Part shown: positions 53,250-64,000 of the stretch, in pieces
How the letters are laid out: each line of letters opens with the position of its first letter
Position numbering within the stretch: position 1 is the first letter of the stretch
Notes under the pieces: model-generated
The model's input: only the letters and a program-made list of their open reading frames with translations
The model's database searches: none
Told to the model about the DNA's origin: nothing
Assembly: GCA_965235115.1 (NCBI GenBank)
Contig: OZ249440.1
Location: 35,900,001-35,964,000 of the forward strand
From: Laetmonice hystrix
Taxonomy: Eukaryota
Direction: 5' to 3'
Length of the DNA stretch: 64,000 nt
Translations under genes and position numbers: made by a program

Positions 53250-53785
53250 GCAGTCAACAATTTGGCCCCCAGTCATCGTAAGTGTAAGTGTTTGGGGTAG
53301 ACGGTCAAGCATAATGTCAAAGTTCCCCACACTGAAGGCATTCAATAATACATCTGTGGACAGCTGGTACCATGTGCCTTCCGAGTCGACAATCTTCATG
53401 GTTGGACCATTGTCAGATGCCCCATGGTGACATCAGTCTCTGTTGTGTTCTGAACAACCTAAAGAGTTTATAAATTATATAATGTACAGAATATAATTGG
53501 ATGTTTTACAACGTTTTTAAATATATTTATATATATATATATATATTTCTACTTACTTCGATATCATCAGGACGATTGATGGTGGCAACATAGTGTGGAT
53601 TTGTATCACTGTTAAAGTACCCCAGAGGACAGTCCTTTACGATAACATTTGTTCCTATTGGGAGATGCATGCTTGAACGCCATAAAGCAACAGTAATTTC
53701 GTCACTGTCATCTTCAAGTGTGACGTTTCGCATGTCCATCTGCCTGCCTTTTTTAGTCGTAATGGAGGTTGTTGTTTCGTCCTTT
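53250..53785 (-). pseudogene. OB-fold (RPA-like) fragment with introns
   Basis: TTKKGRQMDMRNVTLEDDSDEITVALW. Confidence 0.5.
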
Positions 53786-54069
53786 AATAAAACAGAAAAG
53801 AGATCAGGTAAAAAAGATCTGTGGTGTGGGTGACACGACTTCTGGAAAGGACAATAGTAGGTGTATTGTATACAAGTTTTTTTTAAAGTTGACAGTTAAA
53901 AATATGACTGTTAGGCAAAAAGGATATTGAGTTATGAGTGTCTGGTGTTATTTTTTAAATCAAAAAGTGCTAAGACAGTTTTTTGCAGTTACCAGTGAGG
54001 ATGGTAAATTTAAAATCGACTACAGTTGCACTTTTTTAATTGAGAAATACAGTGGTTGGTCAGGTGAAC

Positions 54070-57000
54070 CAACTAGACTAGATAGACCGGAGGTCCAGCT
54101 CTCCCTGCCGGCAACATCTGAGAGAAACGTGCCTTATCAGGGGTAATAAATCTGACCAGGCCGCTGACCACAAGCCAGTTCAGCGCCACATACCCTGCTG
54201 GGGCGGCACCCTTTGTACCCAGACCTGTTTTCAGACAGGAATAAAAATTTCCACATCCCCTATCAGACCCCTGACACAGTTAGAGATGGAGCTTGCCTTT
54301 TTCAGATAATCCATCCTTTATTCCAGTGGTTTTTGTGCCACATTTATTAAATCCTGACGTCAGCGACCTGATTCAGATGCTCTATGACACCATAGGTCAG
54401 TCAGAGGTTGTTTGAGGGCAAGCACACTGGTGTTGGACCACTTTTTAGCAAGGTAAGTAAATAGGTCAAGTTTTCCTTACAAGATAACCTCAGTTTATAC
54501 TATGAAGCGATCGGTTTACATCATTTCATCGGGATCAGAATGAAGGAACACTTCATGGCTTAACTCACTGCAGTGGAGAATAACGCGTAAACCGATCGAA
54601 ACACCAAGTAATTGTACATTGATTTGAGAGTGTCTCACAGGAGCCAAAAAGGCGTGGGTGTGGGGGCAGGGCATGGCAGAGCTTCATGGCACTGCATGGC
54701 GCGGTTATCGCACCAAGTGTAGCGAGGGTTTGTTAGTAATAATAAAGTAATCTTTTAGGTTAATATATTTATACGTACCATTCATTTCAGCTCTTCAACA
54801 TGGCGAATCAGGTATTGTGCAGATTATGTGGTCTTGATAGAGTTTCTAGACCACCACACATACCAATACATAAGAAGGAAAAATCTCAGTGGTGAAAAAG
54901 CAACAGGTTCGTTTTATTTTAAGTCAAATATAGTGTTCATGGCAGAAATATAGATTGTTTCAAGTTATCTTGGCGGCCCAAACTTTAAAAAACTGTAGAA
55001 GTAAATTGTCCGTTCAAGTGAATCTCTGGCATAATTTGTGGAATAATTTTTAGAATAGGTTTGGAAAGGTTTTACCTTATTAAAATAACAGAGGACTTTA
55101 ATGACTAGTGTTTATATTATTGGATAGTCAGAGCCCCCCCCCCCCCCCAGGCCTACTGAATTTCATAATTTTTTCAGGTATTGACGTGACAAAAGATGAG
55201 GACTGGTTACCAATTTACATCTGCCTTCCATGCGTCCTAAAATTACGAAGAGAAAATAAGATATCAAGGAGATATAGAAAGGAGGTACTTTAGCAGCATG
55301 GCATGTTCCAGAATTTACAGAACCTGCAGGAGAGATACCGCTTATTCATCAGATGAGTGCATGCGCAAAAAAACTTGATGTTATAGACTGCAGTCACGAA
55401 AGTAAAGGTGTGTTCCTCAAAATCATCCCTGGTACTGGTGAGGTTGAAAGACGTGTGGTCATTGACAATGATGGCACTTGGAATGTTCAGATAAAAGGGA
55501 AGACCGTGCCAAGTTCATGTTCAGTTTTAAAATATATTACAGAGTGTTTGTCTAAGGAGACAGGATGTATGCTTCTAACTAATGTTGCAACATCTCATAT
55601 ATGTGAAGGGAATACAGACTTCCCCGTTATTCTTGACAGCATGAAGAGAGATATTCTCTTGAGCAATGACAGAACAAAAGCTGTTGGATACAAACATGTG
55701 TATACTCTTCACGTTTGTCTAAGACTTTATTTATAGCCTTCATCAGTTATCTCACATTTATAACATATAATACATATATACATTATCTACTCTTCTTTAT
55801 TGTTGAGAAGTGATCACGTTGATCATATATAGTGGTCTTTAAATAAACCAGTATCTGAAGACTCAACTAACAAAAGATTTAAAATGTAATCTGCGAATAA
55901 TGTATACTACAACATTTTTATAAAATAAATGATACTTAGTTGCTTTAAGCTTGGACTTAGCTTATTTGTTTTTATAAAACATTGATGTGAGTTGTATGAT
56001 ACCAATGAGATAGACTGAGCACTGTTATAAAATAAAAATAGGAACATGTTTTACTATACTCTTCACCTTGTTACTATCGTCAACGTTTCAGTAAAACTTG
56101 TCCAATGTCTTCCGCATAGCAGGTACTCCTTTCCTTGAGGCGCCAGAAATATTTTTTTCTTTCTTTGAAAATATATATTTGTTTACAACTTGTTTCTTCC
56201 AGGAGGACCTCCGATAATTCCTCAAATTCAATGTCATTTAATATCAGGTTTTTCCAAGCTTCTGTAACACATGGGTTTCCATTTAGTCTCTGAACAAATA
56301 AGGGAATAACATCCTGGTCTTTATAGGAAGGAAGTGACTCAACATGCCAAAACTGGCCAAGTTCATTTTCCATTGATCGAATGTAGAAGTAGAACTTTGA
56401 TTTGACGTGAATAAGTCCACCTCTATCCTGAGATTGAAGCCAGGATGTTATGTCTTCAGGTAAACATTCTGCATCATCATTTTCCTCCACCCATTTGCTC
56501 ACGATTTCTGTGAAGAAACACGCGGCTCTATTTTCAGTTTTACGTCCTTTGTAACGCAGGAGAAGTTTTTTGGGAATGTACCCACATGCATAATACAGGA
56601 CCTGTTGTTCCTCGGATGAAAGGTCTGTTCTCAGAATTTCTTCTCCCTGCTGCACCTGTGCTTGTCGATGTTCTGAGGTCTTTGCAGCAAATCTTGAAAT
56701 CAATCCATCAACAACATGCTGAAGAAGGTTGTTGACAATTTGATTGTCCTGACATAAATAGGAATCACACATATTAACCTGAGTGGTCCATGCCCTGAAC
56801 AAGTCAGATGAAATGCTCTTTTGCGTCAGAACTTCCAACATTTGCCTGCATGTGTATACTTTCTTCTTTGTGCCTTTTCAAAACATGATGACACTAGCGC
56901 CACGAACAGATCCTTTAAGGGTTGAATGATTAAAAACTCTTTGGTCAGGTCTTCAGCAAGCAGCTTTGTTTTCCATCCAGGGCTGTTCTCCACTAAACCC

Positions 57001-57743
57001 ATAATAGGGTCTTGTGAAATTTAAGTCAGGACAAGGACAGTGTTTTCTTCGACCCACTCTACAATGTCGATGTCCACGCATTCTGAAAAGAAAAAAAAGG
57101 AAGATTTAAGGAATAAGCATAAGCAATGAACAAAAAACAGAAATTGACAGTTCCGGTAACTCTTTATTTGCATTTTTAAGGGGTGTCATGCCTTTTTTAA
57201 AACAATATTCCATGGTGATACATGATTAATGAGATATAACACAGGTGGTGATGATATCTCTATTATAATAAATTAATAAACACAGCTTCTTTGTACTCAC
57301 TTTGCTGTGTCTCGAGAACTGGTATTTTACTTCGTTTTCCACTGCACTTCTCAACGTGTAGTTGGTAGAATTGGTGCCGTTTGTATTTCTTCTTACATGC
57401 ATCACATGTTAAGATTGTCACTGTCTCCTCAGCTGTTGCGTCCACAAAGCACTCTGTGTCTGAAGACACAAGTTCTTCCAAATCAGCAAGGATTGCAGCA
57501 TCCATGAGGGAGTCCGATATATAGCTTCTGTTCGTAGTGTAGTCTACATTCAGAATGAGATGTTCTAAAGTCATTCTGCTTGTGTAGAGCCACTAGAGGT
57601 TGTTCGTCCCTGAACATCTGGTCCTCGCCCCTTGACCGGTGGCAATTGTTTAATCGTCTGTGACTATTTTGAAAACAAGCTCGGGTCTGGCGCCCCCAAA
57701 GAGGCCCACCGGAGCTGGACCTCCGGTCTGTCTAGTCTCGTTG
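54070..57743. mobile_element. P-superfamily-like DNA transposon with convergent degenerate coding regions
   Basis: ~32-bp TIR caac(t/g)agactaga(t/c)agaccggaggtccagctc; 7-bp TSD ggtgaac at 54063-54069 and 57744-57750; LYYACGYI and DRGGL motifs. Confidence 0.75.
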
Positions 57744-57750
57744 GGTGAAC

Positions 57751-58743
57751 AGAGCCCTCGCTTGACAACAGCGACTGAAGCTGCTCTGCAGTATGCAGTC
57801 AAGCATATTGTGAACATTTTCTTGACGTCCAGGCAAAGTATCCTTCACATCTGATGGCTCAAAGGATGGCAATGATGTGTCTCCTGCAGCAGTTCATGGC
57901 AAGCACAAATTTGGCACCCGCATCTCAGGGCAAGTTCCGGGCCCTGCTTCTTGCACTTCAAAATATTGAAGTTTCTAGCAAAAAGGATTTCCTCATTTTC
58001 TCGGATTCCTTATCCTGTCTGCAAGCACTTGCTAACCTTAACACAGATCACCCAGTGATCGTTCAAATCTTGTCCACGTTGGCAGTGTTTGCTAATGCAA
58101 ACTTTGATATTCACTTTTGCTGGGTGCCTGGTCATGTTGGCATCCCGGGAAATGAGCAAGCTGACAGAACTGCCAAGAGGGCTCTTGAAACAGACGTTAA
58201 ACTGTGTCCAATCCCAGCCTCTGACCTCAGACCTACCATCTGGGCTTACGTTAAAAACAAATGGGAGGCCGAATAGGATGAACAACCAAACAATAAATTG
58301 TATCAGATCAGTCCTGTCGTGAACCAAAGGTGTCTTCACGGCCTGGCCCAAAGTAGGCATGAAATTGTTTTTGCTCGATGCAGGATTGGTCATTCTAGAT
58401 TAACCCATGTGTTTTTGACAATAAAACAACTTTTACATGAGTGTGGTGATTTTACTCTGATCAGACAACGGTTTTATAGTGAGACATGTCTTAAGGATCT
58501 TTTTAGCAATGTCAGACCAGGAGTGATTTTAGAGTTTTTGTCAGAAGCTGGAGTTCTGACTCTTTTATAGTTCAGGCTTGTCGATGGCCCAGTTGGGCTG
58601 ACAGGATGGAGTGTGTTTTAATGATATTCCCGTTGGGGCCCGGGATAAAATAGGTTCCTTTCATTTCATGGTCTTTTAACCCTGTTTTCGCCGTGAAGAT
58701 TGCCCTGGATGCCGAAACGGTGGAAAACCACCACTACTCACTC
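57751..58743 (+). mobile_element. Degenerate, multiply deleted I-group LINE 3' part
   Basis: ORFs 57854-58570, 3'UTR and tail. Confidence 0.9.
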
Positions 58744-59655
58744 AAAAAAGGAAATGACGGGTAGGTGTATTTCGTCTTGCAGACTTGGACTCAAACTCAC
58801 ATATTTATTTTGTTTCTTTTTGAATGAATCCTAAAATGGCAGAGAACTTAGTTTTTTTGGGGAGGGGTAAGAGATTTCAATTTGTGGATCCTCAATAAAT
58901 CATCCTTGTTTTGATTTGGTAGGATTTAATGTCGTGGGCAATATCTGACTGGCTGGAGTGTATAACTTTTTCTAACAAATACCCGGTAAATAAGAGAGAT
59001 ATGGGCCTCATATTGCCGATGTGAATTTGCTTTCATTTTTTAGTGGAACGAATGTCATACTTTTACATGAAATCTGAATAGATAGATCAAATAAGAAGGT
59101 TGCTTGTTGAATAGTGCATTCTAAGGCATCCTTCAAGATTTTAGATTAATTGTGGTCAATGGCTGAAGATTTTGAGCATATATGCTTGATCAGTTTGCGT
59201 ACCATATTAAAGGTAATTTTCACAATGGTGAACAAGCTGGGTTGGGGTATTTGCCTGGGATTTCAGGGAAGTTTACAGTCTTTGGCCAGAATTGGTCTTA
59301 CATGAATTATTAATGTAATTTGCAGTTTCCTATTTGGGAACTATCTGACCGGTTATGATGTCTTTAAGGATGATTTTGAAACTCAGTGACTTATTCTCAG
59401 GGATTATCTGTCTAATGGTTCTCCTAAATTCCTAGTGTTCACCTTTGACTGATCAAGTTTATTCTTCATATAGTCAGCCTTTGCTTTTCCCCCCATGTCT
59501 TTGTTTTATTAAGAATTCGTCTTGCATGAACCCAGTCTTCTTGTTTATCCGTTCTTTTGGCTTTGGCAAGTAGTGTATCTTTGAACTTAATATGTTCCAG
59601 TAGTTCCCAACACCTGCATTGCTCATATGGCTTGAGGTAGTAAAAATAAGATTAA

Positions 59656-60426
59656 GGTCATGTGCTACACCTTTCAAATCTCGTGCCAAATCTCGCCATA
59701 GTAACAAATGTATAAAACACAAACCCACCACATATCAATATTTTGTATTTTAAAGGGGCATATTATGAGGAAACGTTAAAAATCGGTATTTCATAGAACT
59801 TGTGCTGTTTTCATAAAGAGATCCTTCATCAAAATTGCTTGGTAAACAAAGACAGACTTATCAGTTTCATTTTGCGTGAGAAATCGAAGTTTATTAAGCT
59901 CCCTTGCCCGCTTCTCTGCCGATTTTGTAAAATATTTTTTGGGTGGCATTCTGATGCCGGGCGATCGAGTGCCACTGCTGAATTATTTACAACTAAGCAA
60001 AGCACGTGACTAAGTACATGCAGAGAGTGCACACACAGGATGTGACACAGTATGCAATTACACGGGTTGATGGGAGGTTGTCCGCCAAATTATGGCGGGA
60101 CATGTGCTATCGGAAGAAATCTATAAGTTTGGTCGTATAGAACGTACTTGTGCTGCATACGTAGCGAAAACACGTCGGAGGACAAAATGCTGTGGTAGGA
60201 TTATTTACTTGGATCCCTAGTACACGGTCGAGTTGGATAATTGCCAGAATTCCTCAAAAACGTGTTTCATAGCATGCCCCTTTAATAGAATGAACAAGTG
60301 TTTTTCAGTTTAAAAACGTTCAAAGTAGCATGGCGACATGGATATTTATACATTTTTATAATCAGAAACACTTGTTCCTTCTATTAAAATTCATAGTATG
60401 GATTTTATTTAGTGTAGCACATGACC
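59656..60426. mobile_element. Kolobok-type MITE with a second one nested at 59754-60281
   Basis: Outer TTAA|ggtcatgtgctacac...gtgtagcacatgacc|TTAA; inner TTAA|aggggcat...atgcccct|TTAA. Confidence 0.8.
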
Positions 60427-61649
60427 TTAATAGGTTTCGTGTATTGTACCTGGTTGGTTCATTAATATATTAAATATTAAATGTGCTATTTGTTGTTTTT
60501 TTTAATTTAGTAGATCCTGGGTATTCTTGAAGTTACTATTTTTTTAAATGTTGACGAGTTATTATCACTAATTAAATATTCAGTCATAATATTGTACATT
60601 GCCTTGAGTAGATTGATAAATGTTAATGGTGTCATTAATTTTGTATAAATAATTTAGAGAATTATCAAACGTGACGTTATCCTTTATGAACAGGGCTACA
60701 CGTGCAATATTGTATACATCACTTTGTGAACAAAATACAGAAAAAAGTAGTGCATCATCTTATTTCCAGTACACTGGGTGTGCACGAACAGTTGCTTTTG
60801 TGGGTACAAAGGTTTGTTTTTCTTTTGTTTGTTTAAAAAATTTGTATTTACGTGTATTTTTTTATTTTTATGTTAGATCGTTTAGATTTTCTTTTTTACA
60901 AATCAGAGCACCATAAACAAGAGAAACAGCGCAATGTATTACCTTTACTGTCAGAGTTAAGAAATCAGTTAATAGTCAGAAATAAAGTCATCCGTTAATA
61001 GTCAGAAATAAAGTCATCCTAGTAAATCTCAGGATTTACTACACTGTTTAATCTGTAGTATGGTATGCTTGGGATTGTTCTGTTCTTTATTTACTATGGC
61101 ATTCATCATTAACCAGAATTTTATGGTGTCTTTGAAGGAATTATTCCTATTTCCTCACGAACCAGCCAGCCGGGGGGGGGGGAGTCGATTTTCGTAAACA
61201 GATTATTTTCTACTCACCTATTCCGAAAAGTATGTCCTGGCAAACCAGTCTCTGTATTGGTTTGCTGGACCTGGCTGGTCGGGCAACGGTCCCTCATCTA
61301 ATTGATCATCCTCAAATCAGTCACGTCACGGTGTCTGACCGTTGTGATAGACAGAAGCGAGGAGGTGATAACCATGCTAATGACTGAAGGCTGACTAATT
61401 ATCATGGCCATAGGAGATTATCATGGCCATAGGAGGAAATACGTCAGTCCCTATACGTACCAATACAGTATACAGTCTTCTGGCATTGTTAGTAATACCT
61501 TCCAATTGCTACCCATAATTTCTTAGATGCTCTTAAGCAATCCAGATAAAGTACATATAATTCTACTGATAAACTCTCTAATTCTGGTAGGAATTAAAAT
61601 TAAATATTACAGGTTGAAGCACCCACAGATTATTGGCTTTCAGAAAATG

Positions 61650-62822
61650 TTATCGTACCTATATTGTGCAACACCACACAAGAAACAACACAGTGGCAGG
61701 CAGCCTCTGGGGTCATTCTTGCATGAAAAACGGCGCTTCAAGATACCAAATGTCTGTTCGATTGTAACACGTGCCCTCATTTGAGCGCAATTATATTTCT
61801 CCTGCAAATACAAAAAAAAAATAATTCAAACATTGAAATTACATTCTTAATTATAGAGTTCCTCTGCCATCAGTTCGTTCTCTCTTATTTATACTTCTAC
61901 TTGGCTTTGCCTTTTCTGCCTAATAGTTAGTACATGTAGGCCTACACAACAGAAGCCATTCTACCTGACACTGGTTTGTCGGCATCCGGTACGGCATTAA
62001 CATTGCGCGACTGCAAGCATAGCCTGCATCACCTATCAGGTGCCCATCGAGCTCACCTGTAAGGATTATTATATTATACAGGAATGTCTTGCTTTGTGGT
62101 TCACCTACTTAAAATTATATATCAATCAGTTGTCATAACCTTTGCTTAGGGCTTACTATCACGTTTACATTTAAAAACACGGTAAAGTAGAGGGACTCCA
62201 GGATTGAATAAGTCCTTTAAACAAGCAATTAGCTTAAAGGTGCTATTCGTGAACAAAAATTCATTTTTTTAATTTTAAATTTTGTTGACGTTTATGTGAT
62301 CCCACCTATCATGGAAATAGATTCACAACAAAGGAAATCAAAATTTTTCATGGATAACGGCACAAATGGGGCTCTCTCAGAAGGCCTGTGGAGACCCTGA
62401 CACGCCCCACCATAGGAAATGGCTCTATCTCGGTGCGCACCGAGATAGCACCGAAAAATCTCGGTGCGCACCGAGATAGGTTTCAAATGCTGCACACAAA
62501 CTAATAGAAGGTTTATCAGGCCAATGGTATCGGTAGGAATTTTTTCTAGTACTATGTGCACAATGTATGATAGGAGAAATGCCATTCTGTGCGAGACGAA
62601 TAGCACCTTTAAGGCACTGATTAATTCACTGGTCACTGACAACTCGTGGAATGAGGAACATAGGAAAGGTATCCTCAACATATCAGTATCAAGTCGGGCT
62701 AACCTACCGTTTTCCAGTTTGCGATGGAGAATGGATTCAGAGAATATCTTTTGGTCATGGGAACCCCCAGGATATCTTGCTACAACATCCAGAATTAAGT
62801 TTTCGAGGTCACATACCATCTG
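61650..62822 (-). mobile_element. Harbinger transposase gene fragment with introns
   Basis: ARYPGGSHD, LIGDAGY and RARVTIEQTFGILKRRF in separate exons. Confidence 0.8.
62238..62608. mobile_element. Kolobok-type MITE, copy 2
   Basis: Near-identical to 25558-25896; TTAA TSD. Confidence 0.85.
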
Positions 62823-63889
62823 TAAGTAGCAGATTGATGGTTAATTTTAAATTAGTCCAAATAAATTTCTATTTTACACAGGCAACCTCTGCATCATTTT
62901 CAATTCAGATGCGGGCCTTCAATTTAATGCGAAATATTCAGTAAATATCAGTAAGAACATACTCCATTTTACATATACGCCCCCCCCAAAACAACAACCT
63001 TACAGATACTGGTTATAAACAAACTAAAAGAGACTATGCATCCTGCATTAATTCATAATTTGAAAAACCTTGCAGGCCTGAGCTGCAGCAGATAATGGGC
63101 AAATGATTAAATGTAATAATACCTGAACGTTTATGCTGTTCTGTTCCTGTAATTCCAATACCTTTTGAACTTTTCCACTTGGACACGTGTTTCTTGGAAA
63201 AACTGGTGTTTAGATGGCTTTGGAATGAGTCGTCTACAAAAGAAACTGGTACAATGAAATTTCATATGTACAAAGTTATGTTGTTGCACTAATTTTGCAA
63301 CACTTTGGGATGGAAACTGTGGATGCTGTTCCATCGGAGAATATTTTGCCAGTGATCATTGCAAACAATGAGGAAAGAGTAGCTTGGGTTCACACAACAA
63401 TCGGAAAAGTGGTAGATGAACATGTTCTTGACTGATGGCGGGGAAGTACCTGCACTAAACAGGTTCATCAAGGTAGCCAACAAATCGTAGAAAGGTTTCC
63501 CCTGACCCTGAAAAATGGCAGTCAAATAATGTTGTCTGTGATTAAAACCGAAACTGTGTTTGAGGCACCAAAGGATCTCGTGAAAAACAAACAACCCATA
63601 GTTAACAATACTGGTAAAGGAAGCTCACACATAAAAGCAGACCAGGAAATGGAGTACATTGAAAAGCCAAGGAGCGGAAAAAACGAATCAAGCACACATT
63701 TTCAAACAAAACCGAAGGAAATGTATTGCGCCAGACAGCAGCAGTCTCAGGGTTAGCTGCCATTGATTGCAATTTTGACACAGCAACTAACGTTGTGGTT
63801 CATTCTACAGCCCATCCGGCTATTGCTGCAATCAACGATGAACGCACAATGATTACAGATATTACTTGATGTCATTTGATCATCATTTG

Positions 63890-64000
63890 ATATCATTGAA
63901 CAAATTCAGCGACGTGCAGCCCGTTATTTTTTAGGAGTTCATCGGTTCGCCCCAGTAGATATGTTACAAGGCGATATAGGTTGGGTTTCTTGTCTCACCA
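63890..64000 (+). mobile_element. LINE RT C-terminal fragment of an unrelated family
   Basis: IEQIQRRAARYFLGVHRFAP..LQGDIGW. Confidence 0.6.

Noticed and set aside
1592..58393. Recurring antisense and alternative-frame ORFs over the LINE RNase H region
   Set aside because: They are shadows of the repeated LINE coding sequence with no independent motif.
337..58743. CRISPR array (constant repeat alternating with transposon-derived spacers)
   Set aside because: The repeats are LINE 3' ends of variable length with TSDs, spacing is irregular at kb scale, and there are no cas genes. The resemblance is only an analogy.
58744..61200. Possible degenerate retroelement in the AT-rich flanks of the nested MITEs
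   Set aside because: No motif could be read with enough confidence to call.

Overview
This is eukaryotic (animal-like) repeat DNA with no recognisable host gene. The window is a dense patchwork of short, mostly degenerate transposon fragments: Gypsy, BEL/Pao, DIRS-type recombinase, CR1/L2- and L1/Tx1-type LINEs, MULE, Harbinger, Sola2-like, THAP and P-like elements. Almost all of these lie on the minus strand. About 20 pieces of one young I-group LINE (RT + RNase H + C-terminal CCHC, ending in a 3' stem-loop and an (ACTC)n tail) are interleaved with them, and 19 of the 20 are on the plus strand. Six LINE copies have short target-site duplications (TSDs), and two of those sit antisense inside another transposon's ORF. 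A near-identical 219-bp duplication of a broken DIRS recombinase brackets a 24-kb block that ends exactly in a LINE tail, suggesting the LINE moves upstream antisense cargo. The working hypothesis, not provable from sequence alone, is a uni-strand piRNA-cluster-like archive of antisense transposon fragments that is targeted, and possibly assembled, by one sense-oriented LINE. The window also holds an intact piggyBac, a P-like element, Kolobok and piggyBac MITEs, and a LINE carrying a NADAR domain. Family assignments come from motif recognition by eye, not from database searches.
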